Source of the DNA: Bacteroidota bacterium
Lineage (GTDB): Bacteria > Bacteroidota > Bacteroidia > NORP154
Direction: 5' to 3'
DNA length: 64,000 bases
Assembly (NCBI GenBank): GCA_043811005.1
Contig: JBDRNO010000171.1
Coordinates: 227-64,226 of the forward strand
Part shown: one piece after another, positions 8,901 through 20,900 of the stretch
Position numbering within the stretch: the stretch's first letter is position 1
How the letters are laid out: every line of letters begins with the position of its first letter
Program-made: the position numbers and the translations under genes
The notes under the pieces: model-generated
The model's database searches: none
The model's input: only the letters and a program-made list of their open reading frames with translations
Told to the model about the DNA's origin: nothing

Positions 8901-11900
8901 GGAATTATGCTTATGTAGGTAACAGGAATAGCAATAATGTTATGGTAATAAATTGCACAACAAATTCAGTTGTAGCAACTATCACCCAGAGTTTGAATGG
9001 CCCCCAGGATATTGCAATTACCCCCGATGGGAACTATGCCTATGTCGCTACGTTTAATAATAGTGTTACAGTTATAGATGTTGGACCAGATACTGTTTAT
9101 GCAAATATCCCCGGGGTTGGAAGTTGTCATTCAATAGCTATTACTCCTGACGGGCAATTTATTTATGTTACTGAAGGATGGGGTACTAATGTAAGGGTTA
9201 TTGAAACAGCTACAAACACTATACTTACTACAATTGGAGGTTTTAACAGTCCTGCGGGTATTGATATAACCCCTGACGGCAATTCAGCATGGGTAGCTGA
9301 TAGATGGGGCTCACGAATAGTGATGATTGATGTAATTACGAATACAGTTGTTAAAACTGTTCCTGACCCTCTATTTAATAACGCATGGGATATCGGAATA
9401 TCCAATGATGGGGTATATGCCTATGTCACTAATCCTAATAGTTTTCCTAATACATTAATAATATATGATATTGTGGGGGACTCAATTACCGGAACTCAGC
9501 TTGCAGGCAACGGATCCCGCGGATTATCATTACTTAAAGGAGGCGTTGAATGGATGATTGAGAATCCCACTGCCGGAACCATTGTTCCCGGAGACAGCGC
9601 TTCGGTTGATGTAACTTTCTATGCCTCAGGGCTAACTTCAGGTACATATACGGCAAATATTTTTATAATCTCCAATGACCCTGTAACACCTGTTGATACT
9701 ATCCCATGTACATTAACTCTAAACGGATATCCTGTATTGGAATTATCCGATACATGTCTGGACCTTGATACGACAATGGTGGGGGCAACCAATTACGATA
9801 CAGTTATCTTTTTGAACACCGGTTGCGATACGTTGTTTATATCCAGTATAACAAACTCTTTAAGCGAATTTAACGTAGATACTTTTACTTCGGTAGTTTT
9901 ACCTTATGATTTCGGTGGAGCTATCGTTTCGTTCTCTCCAACATCTGCCGGCAGCTTTTTTGATACCCTTAATATTTTCAGCAATGATGTGGATACTACT
10001 GTCTGCTTATCAGGTGAGGGAATTCCTGCACCAACAATTTCTTTTATCCCGGATTCATTTAATGTTACATTAACAGTATGTGATGATTCGATCACACTTC
10101 CGGTGACTATCTACAATACAGGTGCTGGAGATTTGGATTTTGATGTATTGGACGGGGTTTATTCGCCCGTTGTAGATTTCGGGTTTGCATATATTGCCAA
10201 CTCAAGTGACAATTCTGTCTCGGTTCTGGATTTGGCAACAAATACTATTGTAGGAGTTCCGATACCGGTAGGAATGTATCCGTGGCGGATAACCGTTAAA
10301 CCGGATGGTAATTATGTTTATGTTTCAAATAGAGATGATAATACTATTTCAGTTATCCGGACTTCAGATAATACCGTAACCGCAACTATTCCTGTCGGAC
10401 AAAGACCGACCGGCCTGGCATTCACACCTGATGGGAATTATGCTTATGTAGGTAACAGGAATAGTAATAATGTTATGGTAATAAATTGTACAACAAATTC
10501 AGTTGTAGCAACTATCACCCAGAGTTTAAATGGCCCCCAGGATATTGCAATAACCCCCGATGGGAACTATGCCTATGTCGCTACGTTTAATAATAGTGTT
10601 ACAGTTATAGATGTTGGCCCCGATACTGTTTTAATCAATATCCCCGGAATTGCAAATTGTCATTCAATAGTTATTACCCCTAACGGACAATTTGCTTATG
10701 TTACTGAGGGATGGAACGGCAATGTATGGGTTATTGAAACAGCTACAAACACCATACTTACTACAATTAGTAGTTTTAATAATACTGTAGGCATTGATAT
10801 CACACCTGATGGCAATTCAGTTTGGGTAGTTGATAAATGGAACTCACAGATTGTAATGATAGATGTAAATACGAATACGGTCGTTAAAACTGTTCCCAAC
10901 CCTCTGTTTAATAACGCATGGGATATCGGAATATCCAATGATGGTGGATATGCCTATGTCACTAATCCTAATAGTTTTCCGAATACATTAATAATATATG
11001 ATATTGTGGGTGATTCAATTGCCGGAACTCAATTTGCAGGCAACGGATCCCGCGGATTATCATTACTTAAAGGAGGAGTGGAATGGATGATTGAGAATCC
11101 CACTGCTGGAACAATTGTTCCCGGAGACAGCGCTTCAGTTGATGTAACTTTTTATACCTCCGGGCTAACTTCAGGTACATATACAGCAAATATCTTTATA
11201 ACCTCCAATGACCCTGTAACACCTATTGATACTATCCCATGTGCATTAACTTTTAACGGTTATCCTGTTTTAGCATTGTCCGACACGTGTCTGGATCTTG
11301 ATACTGCAATGGTAGGGACGACCAATAATCAACCGCTCTGGTTTTACAATACCGGCTGTGATACTTTATTTGTTACCAACATCACGAACACAGTACCTGA
11401 ATTCTTTGTTGATACAACCCAACTGACATTATTACCCGGTGACTCAGGATTGGTTATTGTTTCATTCTCTCCTGCAAGTGTGGGCACATTCCTGGATACA
11501 CTTGATATTTTTAACAACGATGTGGATACAACAGTTTGTTTGCGTGGTGAAGCGATCCTCGCACCTACTATATCTTTTAATCCTGATTCGTTTGATGTTA
11601 CAATAACCAGTTGTTGTGATTCTTCAACCTTACCTCTAACTATTTACAATACCGGGGGAAGTGATCTGATCTTTGACCTGGGAATAGATAACCAGACTAC
11701 TCCTAAAGTTCTATTAATGAATGCATGGGGTGATGCGAACGCTGTGAGAACCCAATTGGTGTCAACAGGCAGGTTTGTTCCTTCGGATTTTGGAATATTA
11801 ACAAATCCTGCTACATTATCAATGGCTGATTTGGCTTCTTTTGATGTTGTACTTGCATGGGGCGGTGCTAATTGGAGTGATCCCATACTTATCGGAGATA

Positions 11901-14900
11901 CATTGAAAAAATTTGTGGATCAGGGTGGTGGTGTTGTAATTGCAACTTATTCATTATCTGCACCATGGCCAATTGCAGGAGGTATATTAAATCCTAATTA
12001 TTCGCCATTTCTTCCTGGTCCAACACAAGCTGTATCCGGCACAATAGATATAACTACACTGCCTGATCCGAATCATCCGATTTTTAATAACATTAGCGTT
12101 GATCCAACATATTGGTCGAATATAAGTTACTCAAACCCCCCTTTAAATATCGGTGGCACGCTAATAGCAAGTGATATCGGAGGGAACAGGGTAGTAGCAG
12201 AGAATCCTGATGGGAATGTAATAGGCATATCTGTTTATCCGGATAATTTAGGTGCAGGAAATGCCGAAGCCCGCCTGATGTTTGCCAATGCATTATATTA
12301 TGTGAATAAAGTTGATTGGCTTTCTGCTTCTTTATCAGCAGATACAATAACACCCGGAGATTCAACGATCGTTAATTTAACATTCAATACGTGTGACAAG
12401 AATACAGGAATTTACACAGCTAATCTCACAATCAATTCAAATGATCCTGCATCGCCCCTTGAAACTATATCTTGTACACTGACTCTAAACGGATATCCTG
12501 TTATGGCATTGTCCGATACCTGTTTGGATCTTGATACTGCAATGGTAGGGACGACCAATATTCAACCGCTGTGGTTTTACAATACCGGTTGTGATACTTT
12601 ATTTGTTACCAACATCACGAACATATTACCTGATTTCTCTGTTGATACAACCATGCTGACATTATTACCCGGAGACTCAGGGTTGGTCATTGTTTCATTC
12701 TCTCCGGCAAGTGCAGCCACATTCCTGGATACACTTAATGTTTTCAGTAATGATGTGGATACTACCGTATGCTTATCAGGTGTTGGTATTCCTACACCTA
12801 CAATTTTCACCATTCCTGACTCGTTTGATGTTACTATTACCAGTTGCTGTGATTCAACAACTTTACCATTATACCTGTATAATATTGGAGGAGGTGATTT
12901 ATATATCAATAACATTGACTATGGTGGTGGTGTTCCTCCGCTTTTCTATGAGCCCTGGGAGTCAGGAACCTATCTTCCAACATGGACCACCGGATCTTGT
13001 GGTTTTACATATAATGTAACCACTACGGATCCGGCAGTTGGAGCGTACTGCATGGAAATGATCGGAGGATGCAGTAATCATTACCAGGGATTAAGGCACG
13101 CATGGGGAACAAGTACACCTTCTTACGTGAGCTTTAGGGTAAAGTCGGGCAACGCAGGCCTTTCGGATGGTTATTTCGTTATAGGAGAAAATCCTTCCGC
13201 ATCCACAACCAACCAGATGGCGTTTTTCTACATGCGGAATACTGGCAATATGCGACTGGCTGGTCCGGATATTGACTTTCCTTACTTGCCCAATCAGTGG
13301 TATCACATAGAGTTCAGGAATATCGATTACGGAACGCAAACCTTCGATTGGTATGTAGATGGTGCCCTGGTCAATGCAAGCACTTCTTTCCGGGGTACTA
13401 ATATAACCAATAATGAAGTGCATTTTTATAATTTCAATTCTTCCACATCCTGGTTCGATGAAATAGTTATTGGGGATGGTCCTCCTGGTATTGAATGGCT
13501 AACCGTTAATCCTTTAACAGATACTATAGCTCCCGGAGATTCTTCCTTGATTAATGTAGAATTCAATAATTGCGGGCTCGGTACAGGAACATATATAGCA
13601 GAAATTATTATTAATTCAAACGACCATGCAAATTCATTTGACACAGTACCAGTTACATTAAATAGTGTTGGCTCACCTGAAATAATATTATCCGATACAT
13701 GCCTTTATTTGGATTCTATCATGGAATTTACGGTCAATACCGGCTCTGTAATGATTTATAATAACGGATGTGATACTTTGTTCGTTACTAATATAACAAA
13801 CTCCCTTCCGGAATACAGTGTTGATACTGCTAATTTTGCATTGCTGCCTGGTGATTCGCAACAGGTTATTGTAACTTTTTCTCCGACATCGGCAGGAACA
13901 TTTACAGATACTCTCACTATTGTTAACAATGATGGGGATACTACGGTTTGCTTATTGGGAAAAGCATACGATTCACCTACCATCTCTTTTGTCCCTGACT
14001 CTTTTGATGTCACAATTGTAGGATGTTGTGACTCCAGCACTTTGCCTCTTACTATTTACAATACGGGTGGGATTGATCTGATTTTTAACCTCCAGGGTGA
14101 AAACGATTTCTTTGACGATTTTGAAAGTGGTTTGGGTAATTGGTCATGGACCGGAAATTGGGGGCTTACACCGGATGCATACCAGGGAGCTAACGCTCTT
14201 TCCGAAAGCCCGTTTGGTAATTATGGAGATGGTTGGAATCAATATATTGAACTTATTCAGCCAATACGAATCTCAGAGGCATCTAGTTGCGAGTTAACTT
14301 ATTGGCAAAAGAGAAGTATGGAATGCTGCTGTGATTGGTTCCAGACACAGATAAGCGTTAACGGAGGAGGTTGGATAACGTTGGCATCATGGAATTGTAA
14401 TGATCCTGCCTGGAATTTGAAAACCTTCGATCTTTCAGGATTTTTAACTGACGGTGACACACTGGGTGTCCGCTTTAATTTTACTTCTGACGGATCTGTA
14501 AATTTTGATGGTGTGCAAATTGATAATGTATCAATTACAGGTGTACATTCTTTTGAAACATGGATGAGTGGTACGCCTTTATCTGATACTGTGGCGAGCG
14601 GAGATTCAACAATAGTTAATTTTCAATTCAATAGCTGTGGGGTAAATGTCGGGAGCTACCCGGCAAACGTTATTATCATTTCCAATGACCCGTTAAATCC
14701 ACAGGATACAGTACCAGTTGTGTTAACGGTTCAGGGAGCACCAGTAATTGAATTATCCGACACTTGTATTGATCTGGATACGGCAATGCAATGGACAACA
14801 TCTACAAATACTTTCCGGATATACAATACAGGATGTGATACATTGTTCGTTTCCAATATGACTACGACTTTGGCTGAATTCTATCCGGACACAACGGCAT

Positions 14901-17900
14901 TGGCTATCCCCCTTGGCGATTCGGCTCAGGTGACGGTTTCGTTTTCGCCTGTAACTGCCGGTAATTTTTATGATACTCTTATCATTTATAATAATGATGT
15001 GGATACAAGTATATGCCTGTCGGGTTATGCATATCTGGCGCCTGATATTGCTACTGACCCTGACTCGTTTGATGTTACAATTCCCGCATGTTGTGACTCT
15101 ACTACCCAGTCATTGACCATTTATAATAATGGAGGAACAGATCTAACATTTACCATTACTATCTGTAGTTCTGCCAGTCTGACACTTGATACAATTCTTA
15201 ATAATCTAAACCAAAATTACCTCAATGTTACCAGTGTTATTCCGAGCCGGTATGATTTCACTGACGGAGTTGCAGGCACAAATATAGGTGATGGGGGCGG
15301 AGATATGTATGATAACGGAAACTACCTCTGGACCAATCTTGGAGGCACCTTCAATTATTCAGATAATACAGTTATTCCTGATGCCTGGTTAGGCGCTACA
15401 GGAAAATATTTTACCAGGAAGCATCCAGGATTGTTCGTATTTGCTGCCGACCTGGATGGAATTGATTGGTTCGAGATCACAGGAAATTTAGGCGCTGATG
15501 GTGGTGGCAATGCCGATACTGCTACCCTGACAGCAACAAATTGCGGTATTACATATAAAGGATTTGTGAAAAGAGTTTATAATGCAGGAGACCCTTCCGT
15601 AAACCATCTGATCATCGTGGAAAATGATCCTGCAATTGATTATACATGGACAGCAAATACAGATGATGACCAGCACAGGATTTACAATTTGAGCTCTGCT
15701 CCGACTACACGGTTATACTACTTATTGTATGCTTCAACCGGTGGTGGTTATATCAATAATGCCCAGACATTAAATATTATGACAGAATTTATTAAGGCAA
15801 TACTTCCGCCTGCCGGGTGGTTATCATTTTCACTAAATACAGATACAATAACACCTGGTGATTCAACAATAATTGACGCACAATTCAATACTTGTGGGAT
15901 GAATGCAGGAACACATACATCCGACATAATTATCACTTCCAATGATCCTTTAAATTCACAAACTGCGATACCGGCTACATTTACAGTTATTGGCGTTGCC
16001 GAGATAGAATTATCGGATACCTGCCTTGATCTGGATACTGTCATGCAATGGTCTACCGGAAATAATTCTTTTTGGATCTACAACACCGGCTGTGATACAT
16101 TGTTCGTTACCAATATGACAACATCATTAAGTGAATTCAGTACAGATACAACTGCACTTACGATCTTACTGGGTGACTCGGCACAGGTAACTGTTTCATT
16201 CTCACCGACAACTGCCGGGAATTTTTATGATACTCTTATCATTTACAATAATGATGTAGATACAAGTATCTGCCTGTCAGCGTATGCTTACCTTGCACCG
16301 GCTATTTCATTCGACCCTGACACATTTGATGTTTCTATAACTGCATGCTGCGATTCTTTAATATATCCTGTAACAATTTATAATACAGGTGGTTCAGATT
16401 TAATTTACAATAGTTCAACAATATCCGGTTCCGTGATGACCTACTCTGAAAATTTCACAAACGGTAATACCTATTGTCCCGGAACCCCACAATTCGATAA
16501 TTGGGTCTCTTTCAGAAGCCAGTTGGACACTAACCTATATATGTTTACAAGAGTAACAATAAAGGGAAGTAATGATATGACAGGACGATCATGTACCGAT
16601 CCGGTTATGGTGAAGCAGATGGCAGGATCCCTCTGGCATAGTGTTGCAAGCACCTGGACAGGTTGTGATGGTAATACATGGATGGTTGGTATGGGTTGTG
16701 GTGGCGGATGCGGTGCTCCTGCCTCTCAAATTGTTGAATTTACTGCAGACGGAACAACTTGTAATTGTACCAGCCCGGGCTACATTTTAAGACCTGCGAT
16801 TGGCAATAACAACTGGGGAGGCATCAACGGAGTAACATGTGGGGCGCCAACTCAAACCATGACCGTAGAATTTGAATTCATCAGTTGGTTGAAATTGTCC
16901 CAGACTTTAGCAGATACGATAGCGCCAGGAGATTCAGCCATAGTTAATGCAACGTTCAATAGCTGCGGAATAAATGCCGGTACATATATAAATACCATTG
17001 TAATTACCTCCAATGATCCGATAAATAGTCCCGATACGATCCCAGTAACATTTACAATTAATGGCGCTCCTGAGATAGCGTTGTCTGACTCTTGTCTGTA
17101 CCTGGATTCAATAATACAATACTCATCTAATACCGAGACCTTCTATATTAGAAATATCGGATGTGATACGTTGTTTGTTTCGGATATAAATAATTCACTT
17201 ACAGAATTCAGCGTTAGCGATACTGCAGGTTATATCATGCCGGGAGATTCGGCAGAGATCATTGTTACATTTGCCCCTCTGACTGACGGTTTTTTTCAGG
17301 ATACATTAACGATTTTTAATAATGATGCAGATACTACAGTATGCCTGTCAGCTTATGCATATCTTGCACCTGTTATTTCATACGTCCCTGACTCATTTGA
17401 TGTTACCTTAGCCGCTTGTTGTGATTCGGTGACCTATCCTTTAACGATTTACAATACAGGCGGAAGTGATTTAGCTGTTGAGCTAGCAGGAACAGGGACT
17501 ATGGGAACGCCCGATGTTGCTTTGGTCACTGCTGAAGAAGCTGCTTATAATACCGATGTCCGGAATAAACTGATAGCAACAGGAGCATTTAATTCGGTTA
17601 CATTGGTAGATGCGCGATTTACGACACCTACATTAGCCGATCTTCAGAATTATGATGCTGTGCTGGTTTGGCGTAATTATGGATTTAATAATGCAGCACT
17701 TCTTGGTGATAATCTTGCCGATTATGTTGATGGAGGTGGTGGTGTTGTCACTGCGGTTTTTGCTAATTCATCAAGCACAATAACCGGACGATTCAATTCT
17801 GATGACTATTGGGTTATCCCTCCTGTAGGAGATGTAACAGGAGCTCAAAGTATGGGAACTGTATTTTTCCCCGCACACCCTATAATGCAAGGGGTAACAA

Positions 17901-20900
17901 GTTTTAATGGCGGTACTACAGCCTGGAGGGTATCAAATTTCAACGTTCATGCCAGCGCTACCAGAATAGCTGATTGGGTGGATGGAAGGCCGTTGGTAGC
18001 TACCCGGCTTATTAATGATGCATATAGAGTGGATTTAGGTATGTTTCCTCCTTCCAGTGATATCATTGGAGGGGGATGGGTTTCCTCTACTGACGGAGCG
18101 TTGTTAATGGCTAATTCTTTGTTATGGTCTATTGACGGAGGTGCTGCTTCCTGGCTATCAGTTAATCCTGAAACAGATACGATTGCTCCCGGTGATTCTT
18201 CCTTGTTTAATGTAGAATTCAATAGTTGCGGTCAGAATACAGGAACATACTTCTCTGATATTATTATTATGTCAAATGATCCACTGACACCACAGGATAC
18301 AATACTTGCAGTGTTCACGGTACAGGGCGCTCCGGAAATAGTCCTGTCAGATTCTTGTCTGTATCTGGATTCAATAATGGAATATACATTTAGCGTTAAC
18401 TCATTCTGGATTTTCAACACAGGTTGCGATACTTTATTCGTTACTGATATTAATAATTCAACACCTGAATATGGCGTTACTGATACCGCATTTACCATAC
18501 CGCTTGGCGATTCTGCGTTGGTAATGGTATGGTTTGCCCCGGCTTCTGTAGGATTTTTCCAGGATACTTTAACGATATTGAACAATGATACGGATATCAC
18601 CGTTTGTTTATCAGGTTATGGTTATGGCAGACCTATCATCTCTACTGATCCGGATTCATTTGATGTTGCATTGAACGGCTGCTGCGATTCAATAATAGTT
18701 CCTATGACAATATATAACAGCGGCTTGTCAGATCTTACCTGGAATAGCTGTTCCAATACAGGTATTTACGATGATTTTGATCCTATAGATGGATCGGCAT
18801 GGTCATCCTATTCAGGAATTGCAAGTGCAAACTGCGGTTCAGTAAGCGGTAATGCTATGTATTTTAACGCTGCTGGCATAAGGGAGGCAACCACAATTGA
18901 TATGGATGTTCAATGTATTAATGCAATTTCGTTTTATCTTAAGGTTGCAAATGGTACAGCTTTCCCGTGTGAATCTGCTGATGCAGGCGAGGATGTGGTA
19001 TTGGAATACTCAACTGATGGCGGAGCATTTTGGAATAATATATTTACTTATGACCAGGATAATTATGCTAATTTCACATATATTAATGAACCCATACCGC
19101 CTCCTGCTCAAACCTCCTCTACAAGGTTCAGATGGAGGCAACTTTCACATTCCGGATCAGTCAATGATCATTGGGCAATAGAGGATGTTTTTATTGGGGA
19201 CACGGTTAGTATTGCAAGTATGTCGCCTGATACAGGGACTATTGTGTCCGGTGATTCTGCAATTGTAAATGTCATATTCGATGGCTGTGGACTGGCTCCG
19301 GGATCATATTCGGATTCAGTCATCATTAATTCCAATGACCCATTGAACCCGCAGATAGTATTAGATGCCACAATAACCAAAGACACGATGCCGGGAGCGC
19401 CTGTTGCTTCGGATACTACAATTTGCTTTGGCGATCCCACACCTGACCTGACAGCAACCGGCACCAATATCCAATGGTATGATGATCCGTTATTAGACTC
19501 CGTGATATTCAGCGGTAATCCGTTTGCTTCAGGAGATACAGTAGCGGGTATTTATACCTATTATGTAACCCAAACAGTAAATGGTTGCGAAAGCCCTGAA
19601 GACACATCCGTCCTTACAATTAATGCCGGTCCGCCAGCTCCGGTAGCCACTGATACCACAATATGTTTTGGCAACCCGACACCTGATCTGATCGCTGCCG
19701 GAACAAATATAAAATGGTATAGTGATCCACTTCTTGACACGCTGGTGTTTACCGGAAGTCCGTTTGCTTCGGGGGACACAGCAATAGGAATATACAACTA
19801 TTATGTTACAGATAGTATAACCGGCTGTATCCCCAGCACAGCCGATACTGCTTCATTAACCATTAATTTTGTACCAACAGCGCCTGGCTCTTCAGACACA
19901 ACAATCTGTTTCGGTGACCCAACACCTGACCTTATCGCAACCGGATCTAATATCAAATGGTATAGCGATTCATCATTAACCACTCTGGAATTTGTTGGAG
20001 ATTCATTCGCATCAGGTGATACAGCCGTGGGCATATATATATATTACGCCATGGATAGCATTAATGGATGTGCCGGTCCTTATACTGTGGTAACTTTATC
20101 TATCAATGGAGCGCCAACAGCGCCACCTGATTCTGACACTACGATATGTTATGGTGATCCGATACCAGACCTGGTCGCAACAGGCACATATATTCAGTGG
20201 TACAGTGATACGGGACTTACAACATTGGTATTTAGCGGAGATACTTTTGCAACGGGAGATTCGACTGTTGGAGCTCATATATATTATGTTACAGATAGTG
20301 TAAGCGGATGTGCCGCAAGCCCTGCCGATACCGCCATATTGTTCATTAATGCAATTCCACCGGCGCCCATAGCTTCTGATTCGGCAATATGTTTTGGCGA
20401 TCCTCCTGGTGAACTAACAGCAACAGGAACCAACCTCCAATGGTATAGCGATTCATTGTTAGACACATTGGTTTGGATTGGCGATCCTTTCACAACAGGT
20501 GAAACCGGGGCAGGAACATACACATATTTTGTTACTCAAACAGTAAGCGGATGTGAAAGTCCGGCTGATACCGTTACCCTGACAATATATGCAACCCCGG
20601 CGCCGGACTCTTCCGATACAACGATATGTTCCGGAGACCCGACACCCGACCTGACAGCCACAGGAACCAACATCAAATGGTACAGTGATTCATTGCTTGA
20701 TACATTATTGTTTAGCGGCAATCCTTTTGCAACAGGCGAAACAGCAGTGGGGATATATATATATTATGTTACCGATAGCTTAAATGGCTGTGAAAGCCCT
20801 GGAACCATGGTTACATTAACCATAAATGCAGGACCCGGAGTACCGGTTGCATCCGACACTGCAATATGCTTTGGTGATCCCACACCTGACCTCACGGCAA

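Larger units (their letters stand above)
8498..11563 (+). repeat. In-frame tandem duplication, 2 x 1533 bp (511 aa: propeller + scaffold supermodule)
   Basis: Anchor ccaacaatttctttt at 8498 and 10031, and anchor tttgc(c/a)tatattgccaa at 8651 and 10184, both offset by 1533. Near-identical for about 1.26 kb, diverging over the last ~300 bp. Confidence 0.9.
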
